Source of the DNA: Leucoraja ocellata
Taxonomy: Eukaryota
Assembly (NCBI GenBank): GCA_036785375.1
Contig: JAWMAR010000090.1
Span: 1,550,001-1,614,000, forward strand
Length of the DNA: 64,000 nt
Direction: 5' to 3'
Shown piece after piece: positions 48,035 to 60,404 of the stretch; the stretch's first letter is position 1; the number at the start of each line of letters is the position of its first letter. The position numbers were made by a program, and so were the translations under genes. The notes below the pieces were generated by a model. It did no database searches. It was not told where the DNA came from and saw nothing but the letters and a program-made list of their open reading frames with translations.

Positions 48035-48915
48035 AGTCATAGCGCTAAACAGTGCAGAAACAAGTCGACCCACTTGTCCATGCGACCAAGTTGACGTACT
48101 TGGCTAGTCCCATTTGCCTGCATTTGGCCCACAATCTCTTGTGAAGGATTTCTTTTCAAACCAGGTTGTCAGTAGCAGGAAGAACCTTTATCTTCACTGT
48201 CAAGAAACTCCAAAACACTCTTAGACACACCAACAACAAAATTATCCAAATTCCACTCACAACTCTGCCTCTGACAATTTGGGGCTCTGGAATGCATCAA
48301 AAATGTTTTTTCAATTTGCCGGGTTTTTTTGTCCAATGAAACATTGTCCCAGATCATAATCCACTTTGGAAATCGTAGAATACTTGTATACTGTATTTGA
48401 TCATTTGATAATACCGTAATAGAAAATTACAATATTTCTAACCAGGGAAGACCTACTGGAGGAGCTGTACTATTGGAGTCAAACAGTATGGAAACAGGTC
48501 CGTCGGCCTAACTCGTCCATGCTAACCAAGCTAGTTTCTTTTACTCATGTTTGGCACATATCCTTCTGAACCTTTCCTATCCATGTATCTGTCCAAATAT
48601 CTGTTAAATGCTGTTATAACACCTGCCTCAACTAGCTTGACTGGCAGCTCGTTCCATGTATCCACCATCCTCCGCGTGAAAAGTTGCTCCATGGTTTGCC
48701 CTTCTCATCTTAAATCTGTGTCCTCTGGTTTTGGAAGCCCCTACATTGTGTAAAAGAATGTGCATTCACCTTATCTATTCTTCACGTGATTATGCATCTC
48801 TGTAAGATCACTTCTCAGCAATAAAGAGCTAGCCTGCTCAACCTCTCCCGATAGCTCAGCCCCTTAAGTTCTGGCACCATACTCGTAAATCTTCTCTGCA
48901 CTCTTTCCAGCATGA
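48035..48915 (-). mobile_element. CR1 3' tail fragments (two: ~48035-48140 and ~48475-48915)
   Basis: Reverse complement of the CR1 tail GGAAACAGGxCC..GGCC. Confidence 0.7.
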
Positions 48916-51900
48916 CATATTTGTATTATGTTGAGTAAATGTCAGCATACTGTGTGATTTTTACATTCTGATTTCTGTGCTGTAATATAAATAAAAACAG
49001 TGTTTAAAAAGAGTGATTTATTTTTTACTCAAAGTATTTAATTGAATGCAAAGTGCTTTGGAATTGCTAAAGCCGTGATGGACGGCAAAAACATATGTTT
49101 TCTTTAAAATAAAAATTTCAGTTTTGGCTCAAAGTACCTGACGGGTTATGGGGAGAAGAAAGAAGAATGGGGTTAAGAGGAAAAGATAGATCAGCCATGA
49201 TTGAATGGCAGAGTAGACTTGATGGGCCAAATGGCCTAATTCTGCTCCTATCACATGAATTTATAACCTGGTTTGCAAATGTATCAATCTTGATTTTAAC
49301 AGTGCGGGCCTGTGAAATATGTCTTTAAAATGTTAACAAATAATAAGTAGGTCATTAATGTTTCAAGACAATAAACTTTAATCATGATCTTTCATCACTT
49401 TTCGAATCTGGCTCTCTGTCTTTGTCTGTGTTTCCTTTCTCTCATTGTTCTCTGCTACCATGCCTCCAGCCACAGAAGCCGCCAAACAGACTGAATATAT
49501 CATGCATTTTTTGCTATATTTTTCAGATTTCTATCATCTGAAGCATTTTAGGCACGAGGAATTGCAGATGCTAATTTACCAAAAAAGACGCACAGTGCTG
49601 GAGTAAGTCAGCGGGTCATGCAGCATCTCTGAAGAATATGGATAGGCAACGTTTCGGTTTGGAATCCTTCTGAAGATTGGAGAAGGATCCCTTGTTTTTC
49701 AGAGATGCTACTCCAACACTTTATGCCTTTTATTATTTGAAGCATTGTGCTTTTTAATAATTTTGAAACATATTTCACTGAAATACGTGTACAGAATTGA
49801 GGTATTTGCCACAGTATATCTAACTCCTGTTTTTGTAATATTGAATATGTGTGGGCTGAGTTATTTCACAGGATTACATGGATTTGCAGTTGGGCACTAT
49901 CTTAATCAGCAGTCTTGTTGACAACTGTTGGACTTATTTTTTACCAAAGATTGTCATGCAAGTCTGCCCATTCAATTTTCTTTAAATAGGAAAATTCCCG
50001 TAAACTGAGGACATAAATACTTGACAGTGAGTAACTTCATGATCCATCTACAACGTTTTGATTAGCAACATTAAACGTTGTAAATTGGTGTAGCGGTAAC
50101 TCCATGTGGGTTTATTACTGCCTTTGCCTTTTCTGCACCTTGCTTATAGAGCTCAGCAATATTAGGACATGGAAGCTCATATGTTGCCGTTTCTTTTCAC
50201 TCTGGGTGTAAAGTACAGGACTTACCCAATTCACAAATGCCCAACTTATGTGTGGCCTGAGCATATGAACAAGTGTTTGGGAGACAGACTGGAAGGATTT
50301 GCTGACTGCTGCAGGGCTGGAGACATTGTCTACTGTGTGGGAACTCGATTAACAGCCGCATTTCCAGCATGCAAATTGTTCTGGTTCTCAAGAACGGAAC
50401 ACTGCCAAAACCTGGGGACAACCTGTACTTGTTTTTCATTGTAGTTTTTGTTTTACCTTTTAATGGTGGAATGTACCCCCTAATCAATGAGGTAACATTT
50501 AACATCAGCAAGAAAGCAGAATAGCTGGTGCTGGTTTGGCATCCTATTATGTGCCCCCCCCCAAATGTTAAATTCATGTTTAATTCAGTGGAAAATGAAA
50601 TCAGGGAGAGGTGAGAATGCTGGAGGTGGAACTCCATAGTGCAGAGAAGAAAAACGAATTACAGGATAAAATTCCAATTGATTTTCTGCAAGAAATCTAG
50701 TGATTTCATGATGTTGTAAACTTCAATCGGAGAGCTTGTGATTCTGCTTTTTATCAGTTATAAAGCTGTTCGGTAACTCGAGTTTTGAACAAAGTATCAA
50801 ATATTTTGTTGCATCCTTTTGCAGTACCTCTTATCATATCAGTGGTCAAAGGTTTACACCATATTGTGGCTTTTCCAAGGAGTTTCAAGTTGTATCCTTG
50901 CACCCTTTACAAATGTCAGTTTTTCTTTCCATAGGTCTGCATGATATGATCTAAAAGCATTGTGCTGGATGGTGTCATTACACACAAAACTAGACATATC
51001 TCCAGATATGATTTCCACTGGGTTTCTCTGAGGTGTGCCTGATTACAGAGTTTTGAATAAGCTCTTATAATTAAAGATTTCTTCTTCAAAACCAGGACAC
51101 GACAGGACAATTTATAAAAATCCATCAATTAATTTACTAATTATTTTACTCTAGGTCGAGTTTATGATTCTTTAATGCATAGTATTTTAAAAAATATTTA
51201 CAATTATTGAAAGTGTCGTTGCTTGCAGATGGGTGAACAAATTAAGATTTTGGTGGTAATTACATTTTCAGCGATACTAACAGAAGCACATCAAGTTTCA
51301 TCCTTAAATGTGTTTATTGGAAACTAAATATCTGAAGAATATTATTACACCATATTTATACCAGAGGTGTTTGAGTTGTGGCCTATGTGTCACTGTGGTG
51401 ACTAATACACCTAGTTTCACACCACAACGTTTTGCCATCAACTACAAGCCAACGGTTAGAAATAATGTGTGTATCCCTTCATTATCACCTCTTCCCCAGC
51501 CAAATATGGGCCATAATGGGTTCCACCACTCCATGGTCATCTGTTGCGGCCCTGCTTGGTTCTGGCCATTTCTTACCAATTCCCTCTGAAAAAGGGACCC
51601 GACCCGAAAGGTTATCCATCTTTCTTCTCCAGAGATGCTGCCTGACCCGTTGAGTCACTCCAGCACTTTGTGCCTATCTTCGGTCAGAAATAAGATGGCT
51701 TGCTTGGATGAGATCATCATCCAGGACAACGCAGCCCACTGGGTTGATGCCCTATTGATTTTCTCCACTGGTATGGCACCATGATTGCAGTGCATACCCA
51801 CTACAAAATGCACTGAATAAACTGACGGAGTAACTCAGCAGACCAAGCAGCATCTGTGAAGAGAATGGATAGACACTGATTTGGTTCGGAACCCCTCTTC

Positions 51901-52107
51901 AGACTGTAGAAGAGTTGGAAGAACGGTCCCAGCCTGAAATATGATCTGTCCATTCCCTCCGCAGATGCTGTCTGACCCACGCACCTTGTTTTTTGCACAA
52001 GATTCCAACATCTGCAGTTTCTTGTGTCTCCATAAACTTACAGCTGACTTGCAAAGTAGTAACTTGAAAATTAATGGTCTATAAATAAATAATGTGAAAT
52101 TATATAT

Positions 52108-52362
52108 AGGGCCGCACGGTGGTGCAGCAGTAGAGTTGTTGCCTTACAGCGCCAGAGACCCGGGTTCAATCCTGACTATGCGTGCTGTCTGCCTGTACTG
52201 AGTTTGTACGTTCTCTCCGTGACCTGCGTGGGTTTTCTCTGGTTTCCTCCCACACTCAAGACATACAGGTTTTGACACAAAGTGCTGGAGTAACTCAGTG
52301 GGACAGGCAGGTGGGACTGGAGAGAAGGAATGAGTGACGTTTGGGTCGAGACCCCTCAGGCT
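52108..52362. mobile_element. HE1 SINE 5' part (+) joined to a Penelope-type repeat (-)
   Basis: Head and V-domain to ~52270, then GACACAAAGTGCTGGAGTAACTCAG...GAGACCC. Confidence 0.8.
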
Positions 52363-52389
52363 GCTGAAACAGTAGGCTGGGGGCATCAT

Positions 52390-52625
52390 TCATTTTAGCT
52401 ATGAACTAAGAGGAGGAGCACTGGACTTTTTGGTGCCTTCCCTCACAGTGGAAAGTGTTGATTCTGCTGTGGGGGGACGTTCATGTTACGTTCTATAGTG
52501 TGTTGTGTCTTTTTTCTTTTTTCCTTTTATATGGATGTATGGTAATCTGATTTATTTTCTGTAAGGCACTTTGGCTTCAACGTGATTTGATTTAAAAGTG
52601 CGATACAAATAAAAATTACTTACTT
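52390..52625 (+). mobile_element. Short non-autonomous retroelement with L2-like 3' end
   Basis: TGTAAGGCACTTT...AAAGTGCGATACAAATAAA stem-loop/polyA end and (TTAC)n tail; upstream hairpin similar to 5820-5870. Confidence 0.55.
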
Positions 52626-52854
52626 TAATCAACTCAACAATTGTGCTAATTATTTGAAAGCAACCACTCTTGTTTGGCAGGTGTATCCTATTATTTAATC
52701 CCTTGTGAATAAACACTCTTAACAGTGATCAAAGAAACTGATCCAGAATTCGTTATCTATTCCGTGCACCTTGCTAGTGATATGTTATTTAAGTCTCGGC
52801 ACTAGTCTGTTTACTTTTATTGATTTAGTATTTCTGTTCTTCCTTTCCTGGCAG

Positions 52855-52920
52855 TACTTCAATTAAGGCTACAGCAGAGACGGACGAGAGAACAGCTGGT
52901 GGACCAGGGGATCATGCCAC
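52855..52920 (+). CDS. MRTFB: MRTF-B RPEL1 exon (66 nt, phase 1-1)
   Basis: Acceptor ttcttcctttcctggcag| and donor C|GTAAGC. With the upstream G it reads (V)LQLRLQQRRTREQLVDQGIMP, identical to recalled MRTF-B RPEL1; MRTF-A has LKLQ..EELVSQ and myocardin has TQEQLANQ. Confidence 0.96.
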
Positions 52921-54316
52921 GTAAGCAACATTCTGGAAATAAATATAAAATACAAGCTTTAATACAATAAATATAAAATACAGGCCTTACAAATGTGATT
53001 TTATAAGCAGAACAGTGTGATTTCAATATAAACTTCTGAGATTCTGCCCCATTTACTGAAACAGTAAGTCTTTTAATTTCTTTTAAAGGTTACTCTCAAA
53101 AGTGTTATTACTAATCGCACTGCAGATAATGGCGGGATATCCTGTTTTTGTTACCGATATTTTTTCCAAACTAGCAAAGATCTGTGTTGTATAAAACAAA
53201 GAGTGTTTCATAAATTTCTCATTGTTTACATAGCTGGCAAACTTGTAGATACGCAGCCATTTAAGTTATATCTTAATTTATATTTGGTCGTGTTCAAAGC
53301 TGAAAACTCATGGTGTATACTTGTTTTTTACATTCATTAATGTAATTAAGAATTCCATTAAACATGAAATATTTTTATAAGATACGTTCCAATTAGGTTA
53401 TTCTGTTGATGAATGGTGGTATTTTGTTGCGTTTGAGAAGAGAACATTTACAGCATCCTGTGATACAACACATGATAAAGGAAATCAATACACGTTCATT
53501 GTGAATACAATATCATGCAAGAAGAGTTCGAAGAAGAAGCGAAGGCACTGGTACAAATGCATATTATTCTAAAAGATTGGATTCCATTCACAGAAAGATT
53601 GATTTCTTGCATACAGTATATATAATGTTTGTATTGTTACAATGAAAAGTTTTAGACCTCTTTTCACACTTAATTTCTCTCCACCCTAATTGTCTACTGT
53701 AGCAACTAATCTGTAGACAACTGGAGAAGCTAGGAATTGCAAATGCTGGAAGCTTGAGCAAAACACAAAGTGTTGGAGTAACTTAGTAGATCAGGCAGCA
53801 ACTGTGGACTTTAACATATATTAAAAATGTGTTAGGGAACAAAGAGGAGGAAGACTTCCTATTGTCCGAAAAATCAGTGTCGAGCACCAAAGCCTCAAGG
53901 ATGCCGTATTATAAGATTGTTACATTGATTCTTAAAATGGAAGTTGCTGTTCTAATTGTTGGAACTAAATAGAATGAGGCCAAAACTTTAACCTGAAGGG
54001 TCCCAACCCAAACTGTCTCCTATCCATTTCCTCCACAGATGCTGCCTGAACTGCTGTTATCCCAGAACTTTGTGGTGTGCTCAAGTCGACAGACAACTTT
54101 CTATGACTCTCCCTGAATACATCAGAAGTGGAAATTTTGTCGTTATCTTTCATTAAGGAGTTGATTTTCCCCCTTGTCTCCAACTAGATTGTTGATTTTA
54201 ATTCTTTCTCGCCATATTGGTGGATAGGAAAGGATCATGTTGGGGAATCTTGAAAATGAAACTGCCAAACCCACACTACATGGGGCTGCAGCAAAAGGCA
54301 GGCTGTTGCCCAGTTA

Positions 54317-55948
54317 CAGTGCCCTCCATAATGTTTGGGGCAAAGACCCATCATTTATTTATTTGCCTCTGTACTCCACAATTTGAGATTTGTAATAGAA
54401 AAAATCACGCTGTTAAAGTGCACATTGTCAGATTTTAATAAAGGCCATGTTTATACATTTTGGTTTCACCATGTAGAAATTACAGCAGTGTTTATACATT
54501 GTGCTCCCCATTTCAGGGCACCATAATGTTTGGGACACATGGCTTCACGGGTGTTTGTAATTGCTCAGGTGTGTTTAAATGCCTCCTTAATGCAGGTATA
54601 AGAGAGCTCTCAGCACCTAGTCTTTCCTCTGGTCTTTCCATCACATTTGGAAAATTTTATTGTTGTTTATCAACATGAGAACCAAAGTTGTGCGAATGAA
54701 AGTCAAAGAAGCCATTATGAGACTGAGAAACAAGAATAAAACTGTTAGAGACATCAGCCAAAACTTACCAAAATCAAATGTTTGAAACATCATTAAAAAG
54801 AAAGAGAGCACTGTTGAGCTTACTAATCACAAAGGGACTGGCAGGCCAAGGAAGACCTCCACAGCTGATGTCAGAAGAATTATCTCTATAATAAAGAAAA
54901 ATCCCCAAACACCAGTCCGACAGATCAGAAACACTCTTCAGGTGTGGATTTGTCAATGGCCACTGTCCGCATAAGACTTCATGAATAGAAATACAGAGGC
55001 AACACTGCAAGATGCAAACCACTGGTTAGCTGCAAAAATAGGATGGCCAGGTTACAGTTTGCCAAGAAGTACTTAAAAGAGTAAACGCAGTTCTAGAAAA
55101 AGGTCTTATGGACAGATGAGACGAAGATATCGAACTTATATCAGAGTGATGGCAAGAGCAAAATACGGAGGAGAGAAGGAACTGCCCAAGACCCAAAGCA
55201 TACCACCTCATCTGTGAAACACGGTGGTGGGGGTGTTGTGGCCTGGGCATGTATGGCTGCTGAAGGTACTGGCTCACTTATCGTCATTGATGATACAACG
55301 CTGATGGTAGTAGCATATTGAATTCTGAAGTGTATAGAAACATCCTATCTGCTCAAGTTCAAACAAATGCCTCAAAACTCATTGGCCAGCGGTTCATTCA
55401 ACAGCAAGACAATGATCCCAAACATACTGCTAAAGCAACAAAAGAGTTTTTCAAAGCTAAAAATTGGTCAATTCTTGAGTGGCCAAGTCAATCACCCGAT
55501 CTGAACCCAATTGAGCATGTCTTTTATATGCTGAAGAGAAAACTGAGGGGGACTAGCCCCCAAAACAAGCATAAGCTAAAGATGGTTGCAATACAGGCCT
55601 GGCAGAGCATCACAGAGAAGACACCCAGCAACTGGTGATGTCCATGAATCGCAGACTTCAAGCGGTCATTGCATGCAAAGGATATGCAATAAAATACTAA
55701 ACATGACTACTTTCATTTACATGACATTGCTGTGTCCCAAACATTATGGTGCCGTGAAATGGGGGGACTATGTATAAACGCTGCTGTAATTTCTACATGG
55801 TGAAACCAAAATGTATAAAAATGGCCTTAAAATCTGACAATGTGCACTTTAACCACATGCTTTTCCCTATTACAAATCTCAAATTGTGGAGTACAGAGGT
55901 AAATAAATATATGATGGGTCTTTGTCCCAAACATTATGGAGGGCACTG
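54317..55948 (+). mobile_element. Full-length IR/DR-type Tc1 transposon (1632 bp)
   Basis: ~220-bp TIRs starting CAGTGCCCTCCATAATGTTTGGG with inner repeat CCATAATGTTTGGGAC; TA TSD at 54315-16 and 55949-50. Confidence 0.96.
54675..55700 (+). pseudogene. Tc1 DD34E transposase, disrupted
   Basis: GRPRKT linker, VLWTDETK, VKHGGG and QQDNDPKH...SPDLNPIE (34 residues between D and E); several stops and frameshifts. Confidence 0.93.
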
Positions 55949-56486
55949 TACTATAAACACCAGAGAGTTATTGTCAAGGTGTGAGAGTCCAAGCGCAGCC
56001 TGTGGTTTCCTTCTGTTTGAACTGCTTGCCAGACAGGAACGCCTGTGGACTCTGCTAATTACTTGTGTCAGTGGAATTTACAGTTTCCCTCTAACTGTTA
56101 TGAAGGAATTCACAATATTTTCATGCTCCCTTGATTCTTAAAACAAATGATTTCATGAGCTATTTCCAATTTCTAAAACAAGCAGATTGCACACTACTTC
56201 GGTGTCTCCTCTTCTACAATCTTTGTCAGGGCAATCAACAATCTCCCTGTTTCTTTAACAGGAAGTCATTTCATCTCCACCTAATATTTACACCGTTCCA
56301 GGATATGACCACAATTGCTTTCGCACCTCTCCTCCCACTGATGTTGCCAGTAAAAATCACAGGTCACTAGCAGTGGCATCCTGCAGATAAATTCCATGTT
56401 TTTGTGATTGTGGGTTGGGAATCCAGAGAGTGCTTCATAATTAAAGCACCTACCTCGTGATAAAAGGCAGTACTTTCACTCCAGGA

Positions 56487-56668
56487 TATAGACACAAAAT
56501 GCTGGAGTAACTCTGCGGGACAGGCAGCTTCTCCGGATAGAAGGAATGGGTAACATTTCGGGTCTTGACCCGAGACGTCACCCATTCCTTCTCTCCAGAG
56601 ATGCTGCCTGTCCCGCTGAGTTATTCCAGTATTTTGTGTGTAACCCAGCGTCTGCAGTTCCTTCCTGC
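56487..56668. mobile_element. Fold-back Penelope-derived insert
   Basis: Inverted arms centred on GGGTCTTGACCC at ~56565. Confidence 0.8.
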
Positions 56669-57780
56669 ACTTTCTGTCAGTATTAAGAACACTTCCATTT
56701 CTCAAGATTTTTCAGATACATTGAAGTACCTGTATAACTATTTAGTCAACCCATGCTGCAGTGGCCAATGATGCTAGGAGCATGGTATTTTAAATGAACC
56801 TTTTTATAAAACAAATTAAAATCTTGACCCAAAATGGCTCTCCAGTTTTCTCTCTCCATCTAGAGCCCAGATTATTATTTTGCAGATTTTCATCCATATC
56901 AGTAATACTATTATTTATGATTTAATATTATTATTTATGATTTAAGAACCTAACTTTTGTGAGCAAATACATGTGAGCATTATTAAAATTATTGACACGG
57001 CATTCCATCTCGTATTGAACATGCAGTATTGGTATATAACAGATTAAAATGAGTAGCCATGCAGTTTTAGCTGGTTATGGTGGCATTGTATCACAAAATA
57101 TGCTTGAGTTCCCAAACATTTGCAAGTGCATTTCAATCCCATGTACATAAATTCTCTGTTTTGTGCACATGAGGTATAATCCTCGCTGTGATTTGCAGAC
57201 ATGAGACAAATGTTTGCTGAGGAGTGTTCATATCTAATTCCTAGTTGACCAATAAAATGGCTTATGCCAAAATTTAAATTAAAATGTGTATTAAGGATGG
57301 CCTGGTAACATTGGATGACACAGGAGCAATCTAAATATTACTGATTCTTTATCAACGTCATTATTTTTCACTCAGCCATCAATTAAAGCAGTAGGGGCCG
57401 GCAGCTGCCCACCTTCAGCAGGTTCTCGATGTCGGACTGAGGAGGGTGGAGGGGGGGTGGAGGTGGAGGGCAGCCGGCAAAGCCGAGCTGGAGCCAGCTG
57501 CTGCAAGTCAAGGGCCACCACGGACACCTCGGGACAGGGGCGGGACACTGGGGAGGGGGCGGGGACTGCCCAGCAGTAACTCAACAGCACCCGCAGCGAC
57601 AGAGAGCCGACCCCGACCCGACTATGGACGAAACGCAAACCTGCACACAATGCAGCATCACCATTGCCAAGACTATTTTATAGCTAATGGCCTATGACCT
57701 GGGCATGCACAGTCAGAATACCGAACTCGCTTATTAAGTCAGCAAGTATCTATAATGTGCACAAACAACCAAAACATTTT

Positions 57781-57912
57781 AGTCTGAAGAAGGGTCTGGA
57801 CCCGAAACATCACCCATTCCTTCTCTCCAGAGATGCTGCCTGTCTCGCTGAGTTATTCCAGCTTTTTGAGTCTATCTTCGGTTTAAACCAGCATCTGCAG
57901 TTCCTTCTTACA
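57781..57912 (+). mobile_element. Penelope-derived insert with hammerhead-like core at 57784-57811
   Basis: CTGAAGA-A-GGGT-CTGG-ACCC-GAAA-CA-TC; flanking repeat CAAAACATTTTAG. Confidence 0.8.
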
Positions 57913-58076
57913 CAAAACATTTTAGCATTCTGGATAAGTTCCTAATAGTGCCAATTTGAGTAGGTGCTAGACATAATTACGCGGCCTATACAAGATCACG
58001 AAAAGGTTTATGTTATTATTATAGATCCAGAAAGTATAAATAGCGTCTAGGATCGTTACATTGTTTTTATTCTCTA

Positions 58077-59115
58077 CTAGATCCAGTGGGAACCGTTGTG
58101 TCCCATCCCCCAATGCGGGACGGGGGGAGGGGGCGTCACACAGGAGGTCTGGTCCCCAAGCACGGCGTCGCCGCTCACCCCGGAGACAGGCACCCCCGGA
58201 GCCAGTCACCCGTTCCCCCAACGTAACCCGTTCACCCAACGCAATATTCCACCACTCACTCATAGCCCACAACTGCGCAGGCGCGGCTCATTTTCCCTCA
58301 TCCCCAACACTCCCTCCACTCCTCTTCACCCTCCCTCTCCTTTCCCCTACCCTCAGTTATTGCATACCCTCCGTAACTCCCTCCCACCCTCCATAACCCC
58401 TCTCCCCTCCCTAACCCATTGGGCCCCGTTTCCCCAAACGTAATATTCCATCACTCACCCATTCCCCCAACGCAAACCGTTCCCCCAACGCATCCTTCCC
58501 GCGTGGTGGGGGGAAGGATGCGTTGGGGGAACGGGTTGCGTTCCCCCAATGCATCCAAGGGGAATCTCACTCTCTCCGTAGTCCCTATGAAGCTGCTGAT
58601 CCCATTGTCTGTCTGTCACCCTTCCCTCGCGTTCCCTACCCTCAGTCACTCCCTCACCCACCTCTCCCCTTTCGCATTCCCCCACTAAAGACAATGTTTA
58701 AATAACATTTATTCTCCTCCCATCTCCCACTCCGTCAACTCTCCTAGCTTGTGTATTGGCAGCAGAGATCACATTGTGAAGTCATTATCGGTTGTCGGAA
58801 TGTTCACGGCAGCGTGTGTAAATGAGATCCCATTGTGATTGGAGGAGTGTGAGATGCTATTGTGACATCATCACTGGAAGCTGCTGGAAAAGTCTATCTC
58901 TCACAGTCAGTTATTCTCAAAGTTGGCTTTTTTTAAACTTTAAATATCAATAACGTGAAATATACCATTAAATGTGAAGAAACTTGATAAAAACGACCAC
59001 AGGGAAAAGCTGAGTAAGATCCTGCAAAAAGCGTTTGCGCTATTGTGTACCAATTTGGCGTAGCTCCTGAGATCACAGACAAACAGACAAACAAGACAAG
59101 ACTTTTAATAGCATA
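58077..59115 (-). mobile_element. Non-autonomous Helitron (outer element)
   Basis: A|CTAG terminus at 58076-80 with a degenerate hairpin; CGCAATATTCCA-type repeats; 5' TATGCTATTAAAAGTC with TCTA displaced to 59425-28. Confidence 0.8.
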
Positions 59116-59292
59116 CTAGACCAAATGGGACCTGTTGGGCCCAATCCCGCAACGCGGGGGGGGGAGGCATCACATGGGAGGACTGGTCCCCGAATGCATT
59201 GTTGTGATATAACCACACACACACACTAGCGTACCCCCCCACACACTAGCGCTCCCCCCACACACTAACACCCCCACACACACTAACCCCCC

Positions 59293-59350
<58 letters not shown>

Positions 59351-59424
59351 TCCCCCTTCCCCTCCACTCTCCCTCTCTCTCCCTCCCCCCCCCCACGCAA
59401 TAAATGGTCTAATATATATATAGA
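59116..59424 (-). mobile_element. Non-autonomous Helitron (inner element) with (CT)n microsatellite
   Basis: CTAG at 59116-19, hairpin GGGACC-tgttg-GGCCC and 5' TCTATATATA from 59424. Confidence 0.82.
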
Positions 59425-59879
59425 TAGACATAATAAGAATGAAAAGATTTATGTGCATATTTAAATGTTTATATAGCCAATTTTCATGTATTTCATACTA
59501 AAGAAGTGTGCACTCTCAATAAGATTACCAACAGGTATAGTTTTCTTTCCATATTATGTCATGCAACAAATACCAAAGGAATGCAATTTCAGTTGCACAT
59601 GATTCTAAAAGACTTATTGCATAATAGAATTGCCTTGATCTTGCACTATTGGGGTCATTTAAACCGTGCCCAGCAGTGCGTGAGTCAGGGCATCTGGTTA
59701 AAATGCTGAAATTCTAAATTGGGAAATGAACATGCCAAAACCTTGTATTAATCCTGCTTGGATAGCCAGACGGTGAAGAATGAAAAACTTGAGCCAAAAC
59801 ATTAATTGTTCGCAAGCCTTTACAGATAGATATACAAATATTGCAGGAGTTCATAAACCATAAATCAAACTATAAATAT

Positions 59880-60192
59880 GGCGACCACGGTGGCACAGCG
59901 GTCGAGTTGCTGCCTTACAGCGCTTGCAGCGCTGGAGACTCGGGTTTGATCCCGACTATGTCTGTACGGAGTTTGTACGTTCTCCCCATGACCGCGTGGG
60001 TTTTGTCCGAGATCTTCCGTTTCCTCCCACAATCGAAAAAGACATACAGGTTTGAAGGTTAATTGGCTTGGTGTATGTGTAAATTGTCCCTGGTGTGTGT
60101 AGGATAGTGTTAATGTGCGGGGATCGCTTGTCGATGCGGACTCAGTGGGCCGAGAAGGGCCTGTTTCCATGCTGTATCTCTAAACTAAACTA
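59880..60192 (+). mobile_element. HE1-type V-SINE, full length
   Basis: Head, V-domain, CR1 tail and (CTAAA)n. Confidence 0.9.
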
Positions 60193-60404
60193 AGCATAAA
60201 TCAAATCCTTAAAATAAAAACAAAACCTGCTGGAAACTTGCAGCATATCTGTGTAAAGAAAACGGAAAAAGCCCACCCAGTCTTAGGGAGAGTGTACAAA
60301 CTCCATAGAGTAGTCAAGATCTAACCTGGGTCTCTGGCGCTGTAAGGTAGCAATTCTACCGCTGCGCCATTGTGCTGCCCTAGATTTTCAGCATCTGTAC
60401 TTTT

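Noticed and set aside
50216-50425. Possible ancient TA-CAGG...CCTG-TA MITE
   Set aside because: Terminal match is only a few bases; too weak to call.
50812-50835. Acceptor-like TTTTGCAG|TACCTC resembling the real RPEL acceptor (another acceptor-like site at 12554)
   Set aside because: No matching donor or recognisable coding sequence follows.
51500-51509. Perfect CArG box CCAAATATGG suggesting SRF/MRTF autoregulation
   Set aside because: A few such 10-mers are expected by chance in 64 kb of AT-rich DNA; it sits next to repeat-derived sequence and I have no conservation data.
51695-51800. ATG GCT TGC TTG GAT (MACLD...) as a possible alternative start
   Set aside because: It runs into old LINE-like sequence; the GT at the end of the frame is a weak donor and the peptide does not resemble the family N-termini.
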